DNA of 64,000 nucleotides from Oscillospiraceae bacterium (GTDB lineage Bacteria > Bacillota > Clostridia > Oscillospirales > Oscillospiraceae): contig SVLV01000003.1 of NCBI GenBank assembly GCA_015067765.1, forward strand, positions 36,372-100,371, given 5' to 3'. Position numbers and translations under genes: made by a program. The stretch's first letter is position 1. Every line of letters starts with the position of its first letter. Below the pieces are notes generated by a model, which did no database searches, was not told the DNA's origin, and saw nothing but the letters and a program-made list of their open reading frames with translations. Positions 37,538 to 46,655 of this stretch are shown here, in pieces.

Positions 37538-38947
37538 ATGAGTACGAACAATAATGGACAGGTGAAACTGAAAAGAAGTCTGAATCCCTTTGCGGTCTGG
37601 GCGCTGGCCTTCGGCTGCATCATTGGATGGGGATCCTTTTTCAACCCCGGTCTGAAATTTCTGCCCACCGCAGGTCCGCTGGGTACGGCTATTGCCATGC
37701 TGCTGGGTGCCGGCATCATGGTGATCATCGCCTGCTCCTATAACTACCTGATCCCCCGGTATCCTGTGGCCGGCGGTGAGTTCGCCTACACCATGGCCAT
37801 TTTCGGGCCCAAGCATGCCTTCATCTGCGGCTGGTTTCTGGTGCTGGCCTATCTGACCAATGTGCCCATGAACGCCACCACGCTGGGCTACATGACCCGC
37901 TTCCTCTTTGAGGGGTGGCTGCAGGGTCAGCACCTGTGGACGGTTGCAGGCTTTGATGTGTATCTGGGTGAGGTGCTGCTGTCCGTGGCGGCGATTCTGC
38001 TGCTGACGGTATTCTCCATCCGGGGTGTGAAGGTGGCCGGTGTGGTCCAGTCCATTTTTGCCATCTCTTTGGCGGTGTCTGTGGTGGTCGTTGCCATTGC
38101 GGCTCTTTGCAGCCCCTACACCCACTGGGAGGACCTGCTGCCCCTCTTCAAGCCCACCGCCCAGTCCACCGGCGAGGCGGTCAGCGGTGTGGTGGCCATT
38201 CTGGCGCTGGCACCCTGGGCTTATGTGGGCTTTGACACCATCCCGCAGTCCTGCGAGGAGTTCAACTTCTCCCAGAAGAAGGTGTTCCGGATCATGCTGG
38301 TGGCCATCGCTTTCGGCGCATTTGTCTATATCTCCAATACGCTGGTGGCAGCTACGGCTCTCACTGAAAACTATACGGAGGCCATTGCCAACCCCGAGAT
38401 CAGCTGGCTGCTGGGCTATGCGGTGAAGAACATGCTGGGCTGGCCCGGTCTGGTGATTCTGGGCATCGCCCTCTCCTGTGCCATCCTGACGGGCCTGCTG
38501 GGCTTTTTGACAGCCACCAGCCGTCTGATGTATTCCATGGCCAACAGCGGCTACCTGCCCGCCTTTTTCGGTCATCTGAATCCCAAGACCCAGACCCCTG
38601 TGAAGGCGCTGTTGTTCTGCATGGCGGTCTCTCTGGTGGGTCCGTTGTTCGGCCGCGTGGCTCTGGGCTGGTTTGTGGACATGAGCGCTATCGGTGCCGC
38701 CATCGGATTTGCCTATACCTGCTTCGCCGCCCGGGTGACGGTGAAGGAGCGCAGGGATGTGCCCCACTGGAAACGCACCGCTGTGCTGGCGCTGGTGGGC
38801 GGCTGCATCTCCCTGCTGTTTATCGTCATGTTCCTGCCGGGTCTGCCGGCGGCACTGACGGTAGAGGGTTTCATCATGCTGGGGGTTTGGATCCTGTTCG
38901 GTGTGATCTTCTACTTTACCCGCAGCAAGAAGAATTTTGCAGTGTAA
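37538..38947 (+). CDS. APC-family amino acid/amine permease
   Basis: ALAFGCIIGWGSF, PVAGGEFAY, PWAYVGFD, TSRLMYSMA; 12 TMs. Confidence 0.92.
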   Translation: MSTNNNGQVKLKRSLNPFAVWALAFGCIIGWGSFFNPGLKFLPTAGPLGTAIAMLLGAGIMVIIACSYNYLIPRYPVAGGEFAYTMAIFGPKHAFICGWFLVLAYLTNVPMNATTLGYMTRFLFEGWLQGQHLWTVAGFDVYLGEVLLSVAAILLLTVFSIRGVKVAGVVQSIFAISLAVSVVVVAIAALCSPYTHWEDLLPLFKPTAQSTGEAVSGVVAILALAPWAYVGFDTIPQSCEEFNFSQKKVFRIMLVAIAFGAFVYISNTLVAATALTENYTEAIANPEISWLLGYAVKNMLGWPGLVILGIALSCAILTGLLGFLTATSRLMYSMANSGYLPAFFGHLNPKTQTPVKALLFCMAVSLVGPLFGRVALGWFVDMSAIGAAIGFAYTCFAARVTVKERRDVPHWKRTAVLALVGGCISLLFIVMFLPGLPAALTVEGFIMLGVWILFGVIFYFTRSKKNFAV

Positions 38948-38980
38948 TCATAAGAAACAAAAGACAGAGAGGAAAAGACA

Positions 38981-39865
38981 ATGCTTTCCAAACGCGAATT
39001 TGATATTCTTGTGCTGCTGACCCAGCGGCAGTCACTGACCCAGCGGGAGCTGGCGGAGCAGCTGCAGGTGTCAGTAGGCACGGTCAATAAGACGCTGCGG
39101 GATCTGAAGGAACATGGCTACTGCCGGGACGGTGTGATCACCGACGACGGTCTGCAGGCGCTGGAGCCCTACCGGGTGCGCCGCGCCATCTTTCTGGCGG
39201 CAGGCTTCGGCTCCCGGCTGGTGCCCATTACCTTCAACACCCCCAAGCCCCTGGTGCGGGTCAACGGTCAGCGGATGATCGACACCCTGCTGGATGCAGT
39301 GACGGCCGCCGGGATCCCGGAGATTGTCATTGTGCGGGGCTATCTGGGGGAGCAGTTTGACCAGCTGCTCTACAAGTACCCCAACATCCGCTTCGTGGAA
39401 AACCCCATGTACAATGAGAGCAACAACATCTCCTCGGCCATGTGTGTGCGCTATCTGATGCAGAACGCCTATGTGCTGGAGGCGGACCTGATCCTCAGCA
39501 GCCCCCACCTGATCCGCAAGTATGAGTATCAGACCAACTTCCTGGGTATCCCCGTGGAGGTCACCGACGACTGGTGCTTCTATACCGATCACAACGGTAT
39601 CATTACCCGGCAGGCGGTGGGCGGCACCAACTGCCATCAGATGGTGGGCGTTTCCTATTGGAGCGCCGAGGACGGTGCCAAGCTGGCCAGTGATCTGGAC
39701 GAGGTGTTCCGTTCCCCCGGCGGTAAGGAGCGCTACTGGGAGCAGACGGCGCTGCTGTACAAGAAGGAGAATTACAAGGTGGCCGTCCGGGAGTGCGGCT
39801 TCGAGGACATCATTGAGATCGATTCCTTTGCGGAACTGAAGCAGGTGGACCACAGCTACTGCTGA
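38981..39865 (+). CDS. Winged-HTH + LicC/PntC-like cytidylyltransferase fusion (copy 1)
   Basis: TQRELAEQLQVSVGTVNKTL HTH; LAAGFGSRLVPIT..PKPLVRV, NNISS, EADL, RYWE, EIDS. Confidence 0.88.
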   Translation: MLSKREFDILVLLTQRQSLTQRELAEQLQVSVGTVNKTLRDLKEHGYCRDGVITDDGLQALEPYRVRRAIFLAAGFGSRLVPITFNTPKPLVRVNGQRMIDTLLDAVTAAGIPEIVIVRGYLGEQFDQLLYKYPNIRFVENPMYNESNNISSAMCVRYLMQNAYVLEADLILSSPHLIRKYEYQTNFLGIPVEVTDDWCFYTDHNGIITRQAVGGTNCHQMVGVSYWSAEDGAKLASDLDEVFRSPGGKERYWEQTALLYKKENYKVAVRECGFEDIIEIDSFAELKQVDHSYC

Positions 39866-40002
39866 GAGAAACTGTTCCAGAAATCCTGTTTTTTCGGGGA
39901 TATGGAACAGGGAAGAGATTCCATGTCCTTCCTGTTTTCGAAAAAACTGAACAGTTGGCTCCCCGGGAAAATGTGAACTTTTCGGAAACGACAGAAAAAT
40001 GC

Positions 40003-40030
40003 TTTACATCCTATGAGGATGTGCTATAAT
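40003..40030 (+). promoter_or_regulatory. Sigma-A promoter of the ABC importer operon
   Basis: TTTACA-16-TATAAT with extended -10 TG; the spacer contains the palindrome ACATCCT-atg-AGGATGT. Confidence 0.6.
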
Positions 40031-40223
40031 GAAACCACAAAAAACTTGCACCGACGGCGCAAGTTTTTTGTTCCCCTTTATGTTCAAAAAAATGCAAAAT
40101 GCATAAAATGATGAACAATCAGGCTGTTCATTACAGCTTGCTGCGTGGACAAAACGGAACGGGGAAACGAGGAAACAGGAACAATTGGCTTGTTCGGCAA
40201 GCCCGTGAGGAAGGAATCGTGTT

Positions 40224-41198
40224 ATGAAGAAATTTTTTGCATTTGTTCTGGCTCTGGCCTGTGCACTGTCGCTGATGGCCTGCTCCGGCGGTAAGGAGCA
40301 GATCGTCATCTACACCAGCGCCAACGACTCCCGCATTGCCCATATGACCGGCATGCTGGAAGAGAAGTTCCCCGACTATGAGTTTATTGTGGAGTATCAG
40401 TCCACCAGCAAGGTGACGGCCAAGCTGGCGGCTGAGGGCACTGCCACCGAGTGCGACATCATCCATGACCTGGCCTATCTGAGCCTGGCTCAGCTGGATG
40501 GCAAGGGGATTTTGGCTGACCTGAGCAGCTACGATACCTCCGTCTATACGGACGATTGCGTGGTCAGCCCCAACTATCTGGTGGAGCTGCGTACCGGCGG
40601 CGCCATCATCCTCAACACCAAGGTGATGCAGGAAAAGAATCTGCCCACCCCCACCTGCTATGAGGATCTGCTCAAGCCCGAGTACAAGGGCCTGATCTCC
40701 ATGCCGGATCCCAAGTCCTCCGGTACCGGTTATATGTTCCTCAAGTCCCTGGTGAACGCCTGGGGTGAGGAGAAGGCCTTTGATTACTTCAAGAAGCTGT
40801 CTGAAAATGTGCTGCAGTTCACCTCCTCCGGCAACGGCCCTGTCAATGCCCTGATCCAGGAGGAAGTGGCCATCGGTCTGGGTATGACGGCCAACGCCGT
40901 GGTGCAGATCAATGAGGGCGTGCCCCTGCAGGTGCTGTTCTTCGAGGAGGGTTCTCCTTATTCCATGTATGGCCAGTCCATCATCAAGGGCAAGGAGCAG
41001 CGCAAGTGCGTGAAGGAAGTGTTTGACTATCTGATCAACACCTACACCGCAGAGAGCTGCAGACTGTATGCCCCCGAGAAGATCTACAAGGATGTGGACT
41101 TTGAGCTGGAGAACTTCCCCAAGGAAGTGAAGTATGCCGATATGTCCAACGATACGCTGGAGGAGAAGGAACGCCTGCTGGCCAAGTGGGACGTCTGA
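40224..41198 (+). CDS. ABC importer substrate-binding lipoprotein (AfuA/PhnS-like cluster)
   Basis: Lipobox LMAC, IVIYTS, PTCYEDLLKPEYKGLISMPDPKSSGTGY. Confidence 0.9.
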   Translation: MKKFFAFVLALACALSLMACSGGKEQIVIYTSANDSRIAHMTGMLEEKFPDYEFIVEYQSTSKVTAKLAAEGTATECDIIHDLAYLSLAQLDGKGILADLSSYDTSVYTDDCVVSPNYLVELRTGGAIILNTKVMQEKNLPTPTCYEDLLKPEYKGLISMPDPKSSGTGYMFLKSLVNAWGEEKAFDYFKKLSENVLQFTSSGNGPVNALIQEEVAIGLGMTANAVVQINEGVPLQVLFFEEGSPYSMYGQSIIKGKEQRKCVKEVFDYLINTYTAESCRLYAPEKIYKDVDFELENFPKEVKYADMSNDTLEEKERLLAKWDV

Positions 41199-41289
41199 TC
41201 AGAATCATACGGGTGGGCAGGCCGGGTTTCCGGTCTGCCCACACAGTGCGTTTAGAGAAACCGTGATTTTCAAGTAAGGAGCCTCACCC

Positions 41290-42051
41290 ATGGAACCGAT
41301 TTTACAGATTCGCAACCTGACCCACCGTTTTGATGAGAAAACGGCCCTCTCCAATGTAAGCTTCGATGTGAACGACGGGGAGTTTCTGGCCATTCTGGGC
41401 CCCTCCGGCTGCGGAAAGACCACCATTCTCCGGATCCTCATCGGCCTGCTGCAGCCCACAGAGGGCACGGTCACCATGGCCGGCCGGGACATTACCCATG
41501 TCTCTCCGGCGGAGCGCAACATGGGCATCGTGTTTCAGAACTATGCCTTGTTTGAGAATATGACCGTGCTGCAGAATGTGCAGTATGCCATGAAGATCCG
41601 TAAGGAGACCCGGGCGGAATCCCGCCGTGTGGCCGAGGAGATGCTGCAGCGGATGGGGTTGGCGGAGCATATGCACAAGCGGCCCAATGAGCTCTCCGGC
41701 GGCCAGCAGCAGCGGGTGGCCATCGCCCGGACGCTGGTGCTCCATCCCCGGGTGATCCTCTTTGACGAGCCCATGTCCGCCCTGGATGTGGAGACCCGTC
41801 TGACCCTGCGCAAGGAGATCAAGCAGATCCAGGCAGAGTTCGGCACCACCATGATCTACATCACCCACGACCAGGAGGAGGCCTTCGCCATGGCCGACCG
41901 CATCATGGTGATGGAGGAGTCCCGGCTGGTGCAGCTGGCGACCCCTATGGAGATCATTCAGCATCCCGCCGATGCCTATGTGCAGCGCTTCGTGCTGGAC
42001 AATCTGCAGATCAAGATCGATTCCCTGGCCAAGTATATCAATGTGAGGTAA
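41290..42051 (+). CDS. ABC importer ATP-binding protein (PotA/AfuC/PhnT-like, short)
   Basis: GPSGCGKT, VFQNYALF, LSGGQQQRVA, FDEP, ITHDQEEA. Confidence 0.95.
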   Translation: MEPILQIRNLTHRFDEKTALSNVSFDVNDGEFLAILGPSGCGKTTILRILIGLLQPTEGTVTMAGRDITHVSPAERNMGIVFQNYALFENMTVLQNVQYAMKIRKETRAESRRVAEEMLQRMGLAEHMHKRPNELSGGQQQRVAIARTLVLHPRVILFDEPMSALDVETRLTLRKEIKQIQAEFGTTMIYITHDQEEAFAMADRIMVMEESRLVQLATPMEIIQHPADAYVQRFVLDNLQIKIDSLAKYINVR

Positions 42052-42055
42052 GCCG

Positions 42056-43663
42056 ATGGGGAAGTTCTTGAAAGATAAACAGTTGGATGCCACCAAGCTG
42101 CTGCTTTCGGCGGTATTCATCGTGCTGGTGTTTTATCCCTTCCTGCAGATGGTGATTATGATCCAGCCGGAGGACTTCGGCCGGGTGGTGACTGCCTCCA
42201 ATTTCCCGGAGGCGGTGGCCAACTCCCTGCGGGCTGCCGTTACCACCACCGCCATCTCCGTCAGCCTTGGTATGGCGCTGGCAGCCTGTCTGCAGCGAAC
42301 CAATATCCGCGGGAAGGCGGTGCTCTCTGTGGTGCTGATCCTGCCCATGCTGATCCCCTCCATCTCCCACGGCATGGGGTTGATCGTGGTCTTCGGCACC
42401 AACGGAATCCTCACCAACCTGCTGGGGCTGGAGGGAACCATCTACGGCTTTGGCGGTATGGTGCTGGGCTCTGTGCTCTACTCCTACCCGGTGGCCTTCC
42501 TGATGCTCAATGATGTGCTGAAGTATCAGGACAGCTCCCCCTATGAGGCGGCAGCCGTGCTGGGCATCCCGCCGCTGCGCCGCATGACCGCCATCACCCT
42601 GCCCTATCTGGCCCGGCCTCTGGTGTCTGCCGTGTTCGCCGTGTTCACCATGGTCATCACCGACTACGGTATTCCGCTGATGATCGGCGGCAAGAATACC
42701 ACCCTGGCGGTGATGATGTATCAGGAGGTGCTGGGGCAGGTGGACTTCGGCAAGGGCAGCGTAGTGGGTCTGTTCCTGCTGATCCCCGCCATCATTACCT
42801 TTGTGTTCAATACCCTGTCCAAAAACCGGGCCAAGATGGGCTATGTGACCCGCCCCTTTGAGATGAAACGCAACTCCCTGCGGGACGGTGCCGCCTATGT
42901 GTTCTGCGGTGCGGTGCTGCTGTTTGTGGTGGTGCTGATCGGCTCCTTCTGTATGCTGGCCTTCACCACCCGCTATCCCAGCGACCTGACCTTTACCCTG
43001 GCCCATGTGCAGAAGATGCTGGATCTGGGCGGCGACCGGTATGTGACCAACTCGGTGATCATTGCTCTGTTCGTGTCGGTGATCGGCATTGTGACGGCCT
43101 TTGTCACGGCCTACATGACCACCCGTGTGCCCTCCCGGATGTCCCATTTCCTGCACCTGTGCTCCATTACCTCCCTGGCCATCCCCGGTATCGTGCTGGG
43201 CCTTTCCTATGCCCTGACCTTCAGCCGCAGCTTTATCTACGGTACCATGGCCATCCTCATTATGGCCAACCTGATGCACTTTTTCGCATCCCCCTATCTG
43301 ATGATGTACAATTCCCTCAGCAAGATGAATGAGAATCTGGAGAGTGTGGGCGCCACGCTGGGCATCAGCCGTCTGCGGATCGTGCTGCACGTGATCATTC
43401 CCCAGAGCAAGTCCACGCTGCTGGAGATGTTCTCCTACTTCTTCGTCAACTCCATGATGACCATCTCCGCTGTGTCCTTCCTGGCCAATGTGCGCACCAA
43501 GCCTCTGTCTCTGATGATCAACCAGTTTGAGGCGCAGATGCTGATGGAGTGCGCTGCGGTGGTGTCCCTGTGTATCCTGCTGGTGAATGTGTGCATCAAG
43601 GGGATGGTATACCTGATCAATCAACATGTGTCCAAGCGGCCGCCTGTCAATCCGGCCCGGTGA
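42056..43663 (+). CDS. ABC importer permease with duplicated domains (AfuB/PhnUV-like)
   Basis: Two EAA-type loops (YEAAAVLG; ESVGATLG), ITDYGIP. Confidence 0.92.
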   Translation: MGKFLKDKQLDATKLLLSAVFIVLVFYPFLQMVIMIQPEDFGRVVTASNFPEAVANSLRAAVTTTAISVSLGMALAACLQRTNIRGKAVLSVVLILPMLIPSISHGMGLIVVFGTNGILTNLLGLEGTIYGFGGMVLGSVLYSYPVAFLMLNDVLKYQDSSPYEAAAVLGIPPLRRMTAITLPYLARPLVSAVFAVFTMVITDYGIPLMIGGKNTTLAVMMYQEVLGQVDFGKGSVVGLFLLIPAIITFVFNTLSKNRAKMGYVTRPFEMKRNSLRDGAAYVFCGAVLLFVVVLIGSFCMLAFTTRYPSDLTFTLAHVQKMLDLGGDRYVTNSVIIALFVSVIGIVTAFVTAYMTTRVPSRMSHFLHLCSITSLAIPGIVLGLSYALTFSRSFIYGTMAILIMANLMHFFASPYLMMYNSLSKMNENLESVGATLGISRLRIVLHVIIPQSKSTLLEMFSYFFVNSMMTISAVSFLANVRTKPLSLMINQFEAQMLMECAAVVSLCILLVNVCIKGMVYLINQHVSKRPPVNPAR

Positions 43664-43676
43664 CGAGGAGAAGAAT

Positions 43677-44564
43677 ATGCTGACCAAGAAACAATTTGAC
43701 CTGCTGGTCTACCTGACGGAACAGACCGGCAGCCAGTCCCAGAGAGCCATGGCGGAGGGGTTGCATCTGTCGGTGGGCAGTGTGAACCGGGTGGTGAAGG
43801 AATTGACCCAGCAGGGGCTGGTGTGTGACGGACGCATCACGACCCAGGGCCTGGAGGCGCTGGAGCCCCACCGGGTGCGCCGCGCCGTGCTGATGGCGGC
43901 CGGTTTCGGCTCCCGGCTGGTGCCCATTACCCTCAATACCCCCAAACCGCTGGTGCGGGTCAAGGGGGTGCGAATCATCGATACCCTGCTGGATGCTCTG
44001 GTGGCGGCGGAGATCCCCGAGATCTATATCGTCCGCGGCTATCTGAAGGAGCAGTTTGACCAGCTGCTGTACAAGTACCCCATGGTCCAGTTTATTGACA
44101 ATCCCCTGTACAATGAGGCCAACAACATCGCCTCCATCGTCTGTGCCGGGGACCGGATCCGCAATGCCTACATCATGGAGGCGGATCTGCTGCTGAGCAA
44201 TCCCAGGCTGATCCAGAAGTATCAGTATCGCTCCAACTATCTGGCCATCCCCGTGGAGCGGACGGACGACTACTGCTTCCACCTGGAAAACGGCTTCATC
44301 AGTCAGGTGGCTGTGGGCGGTGTCAACTGCTATCAGACGGTGGGCATCTCCTACTGGACAGAGGAGGACGGCACCACCCTGGTGGACCATGTGAAGGAGG
44401 TCTATCAGGCCCCCGGCGGAAAAGAGCGCCTATGGGGTCAGGTGCCGCTGGTGTACCATGCCAACGACTACAAGGTGTCCATCCGCGAATGTACGCTGGA
44501 GGATGTGGTGGAGATCGACACCTTCCAGGAACTGAAGAATATCGACCCGACTTACGCTATGTAA
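43677..44564 (+). CDS. Winged-HTH + LicC/PntC-like cytidylyltransferase fusion (copy 2)
   Basis: SQRAMAEGLHLSVGSVNRVV HTH; MAAGFGSRLVPITLNTPKPLVRV, NNIAS, EADL, EIDT. Confidence 0.88.
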   Translation: MLTKKQFDLLVYLTEQTGSQSQRAMAEGLHLSVGSVNRVVKELTQQGLVCDGRITTQGLEALEPHRVRRAVLMAAGFGSRLVPITLNTPKPLVRVKGVRIIDTLLDALVAAEIPEIYIVRGYLKEQFDQLLYKYPMVQFIDNPLYNEANNIASIVCAGDRIRNAYIMEADLLLSNPRLIQKYQYRSNYLAIPVERTDDYCFHLENGFISQVAVGGVNCYQTVGISYWTEEDGTTLVDHVKEVYQAPGGKERLWGQVPLVYHANDYKVSIRECTLEDVVEIDTFQELKNIDPTYAM

Positions 44565-44580
44565 TGGAAGGCAGCGTTGG

Positions 44581-44616
44581 AAAAGCGCCCCGGATCTTTC
44601 CGGGGCGCTTCTTTTC
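44581..44616. terminator. Bidirectional terminator
   Basis: AAAAGCGCCCCGGA..TCCGGGGCGCTTCTTTT between convergent genes. Confidence 0.85.
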
Positions 44617-44637
44617 ATTTCCTGTGAGAAACCCGGT

Positions 44638-44835
44638 TTACAGGTTCTTCTCGTAGGACTCGATCATCTTCTTGACCATCTGGCCGCCCACGGAGCCGGC
44701 CTCACGGCTGGTCAGGTCGCCGTTGTAGCCTTCCTTCAGGTTGACGCCCACTTCAGAGGCAGCCTCCATCTTGAACTTGTCCATAGCGGAGCGGGCCTCG
44801 GGCACGTTCAGCTTGTTGCTGTTCTTGTTAGACAT
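44638..44835 (-). CDS. Alpha/beta-type small acid-soluble spore protein
   Basis: KFKMEAASEVGV, GDLTSREAGSVGGQMVKKMI. Confidence 0.95.
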   Translation of the reverse strand: MSNKNSNKLNVPEARSAMDKFKMEAASEVGVNLKEGYNGDLTSREAGSVGGQMVKKMIESYEKNL

Positions 44836-44978
44836 GATTGATCTCCTTTCTTCGAATACTGTGCGGCGTATCCGGTTTTGGATGCCGCACACATATCTTG
44901 TCCGGGCAAACGGTGATTATGTGAAAATCGACACTGGTAAAATTTGCGCGGCAAATGGCCGTCGGTGATCGTTTTTTG

Positions 44979-45007
44979 TTGACAAACCCCCTGCCACCCG
45001 ATATGAT
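44979..45007 (+). promoter_or_regulatory. Sigma-A promoter
   Basis: TTGACA-17-TATGAT. Confidence 0.7.
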
Positions 45008-45059
45008 ACAAACAAGATGAACTTTCTGCAAAGAAAGGCAAAAACAGGAGGAAGAGACC

Positions 45060-46637
45060 ATGAAATTTTATCCCAGTATTTTTAACGACTGTCTGTCTCC
45101 CATCTATCCCGGCCCCTCCAGTTCCAATACCGCCGCCCCCCATCGTCTGGGCATTATGGCCACAGATCTGCTGGACGGCAAGCCTGTCCACCTCTATGCC
45201 GAGATGAGCAAATCCGGCGGCTATTTCGCCACCTTCTATGGCCTGCACACCGACAAGGGTTTCCTGGTGGGCACCATGCGCAAGGATATGCGCACCTATG
45301 ACTATGACCAGTCCTATGCCGACGCCGAGGCTGCCGGCCTGACTTATGAGTTCGCCTTCACCGATGAGGTGCCTGCCATGCCCTCTGAGGGTGCCTGGCT
45401 GACCCTCACCTCCGACACCGGCGACAAGATCTTCATGAAGACCGCCTCTCTGGGCGGCGGCGAGGTCACCATCGACGATGTGGACGGCATCAAAACCTTT
45501 ATCGACGGCAAGTATTACTACCTGCTGGTGCGGGTGGCCACCGACAAGGTGTCCGCCGTGGAGGCTATGATCCCCTACGGTTTCACCACGGAGGACGGCG
45601 GAGAGGGCTTCAGCCTCATCACTGCCCATGCCCGCGAGGCCTATCCGGAGGAGTTTATGGCAGCTCTGCGCGCCGCTGACGGCGTGGTCTATGCCCGCTC
45701 CATGGCCCCGGTGTTTAACATCGTGCCCTTTGAAGAGCCCGATATGCCCTTTACCAACGGCGCGGAGATGTTTGCCTACGCCGCTGAGAAGAAGATTCCC
45801 CTGTGGCAGGCTGCACTGGACTATGAGAAGGCTCTGTCCGGTCTGGAGGAGGATGCCCTCTATGCCTTTGCCGAGGATCTGTGGGATCTGACAGTCTATG
45901 CCGCAGAGCAGGGCTACAAGGTCACCGAGCTGGATGGCGCCATCGTCAAGCCCCATGCCGCCAGCTTCCGCAAGGTCCACGAGGAGGGGCGCACCCTGTC
46001 CCTGGGTGTGGCAGACTGGGCTGTGCTGGATGCCTTCGCCGTGAAGGAGTACGGCGCTGTCCACGGCATTATCGCCGGTATGCCCGCAGGCGGTTCCGCC
46101 GGTGTGCCCATCTCCACCCTGAACCACGCCATCAAGGCCATGGGTCTGGAGAAGATCGACGGCGTCCGTGCCCTCATCACCGCCGGTATTCTGGGCATCA
46201 TCTACTATCCCACCCATTACCACGGTGCGTGGGGCTGCCAGGCTGAGGTGGGCATCTCCATCTCCATCACCGCCGGCGCACTGGCCTCCCTGATGACCGA
46301 TGATCTGGATGTCATCGAGCGGGCTGCCGTACTGGGCGGCCAGAGCATTCTGGGTCAGGTCTGCGATCCCATTGACGGCGCCGGTCAGGTGCCCTGCTTC
46401 CTGCGCAACATCACCGCCGTTCCCACTGCCATCGTCTGCGCCAATGCCGCCCTGGGCGGTGTGGAGACCCTCACCAGTCTGGACGAGATGGTGGAGGCCA
46501 TGCTGCGCGTGGGCCACAAGCTGAAGTCCTGCGGCATCAACGATTTGGGCGTCTGCTACGGCAAGGAGATGGGCAACGCGGCCAAGGCCAGCGGCTGCAG
46601 CACCGGCTGCACTGCCTGCGGAAGCTGCGCTCAGTAA
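45060..46637 (+). CDS. Fe-S-dependent L-serine dehydratase-like enzyme with fused beta+alpha subunits (divergent)
   Basis: GPSSSNTA, SLGGG, GCQAEVG, GQVCDP, QVPCFLRN; Cys-rich C-terminal tail. Confidence 0.82.
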   Translation: MKFYPSIFNDCLSPIYPGPSSSNTAAPHRLGIMATDLLDGKPVHLYAEMSKSGGYFATFYGLHTDKGFLVGTMRKDMRTYDYDQSYADAEAAGLTYEFAFTDEVPAMPSEGAWLTLTSDTGDKIFMKTASLGGGEVTIDDVDGIKTFIDGKYYYLLVRVATDKVSAVEAMIPYGFTTEDGGEGFSLITAHAREAYPEEFMAALRAADGVVYARSMAPVFNIVPFEEPDMPFTNGAEMFAYAAEKKIPLWQAALDYEKALSGLEEDALYAFAEDLWDLTVYAAEQGYKVTELDGAIVKPHAASFRKVHEEGRTLSLGVADWAVLDAFAVKEYGAVHGIIAGMPAGGSAGVPISTLNHAIKAMGLEKIDGVRALITAGILGIIYYPTHYHGAWGCQAEVGISISITAGALASLMTDDLDVIERAAVLGGQSILGQVCDPIDGAGQVPCFLRNITAVPTAIVCANAALGGVETLTSLDEMVEAMLRVGHKLKSCGINDLGVCYGKEMGNAAKASGCSTGCTACGSCAQ

Positions 46638-46655
46638 CCGAATCCATACAAAAGA

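Noticed and set aside
40111-40195. LexA/SOS boxes
   Set aside because: Firmicute SOS boxes are GAAC-N4-GTTC; here the spacing is GAAC-N9-GTTC and the genes are not repair-related
41213-41243. GTGGGCAGGCCGG..CCGGTCTGCCCAC hairpin after the SBP gene as a novel RNA
   Set aside because: Ordinary intra-operon stabilising hairpin, typical after substrate-binding protein genes
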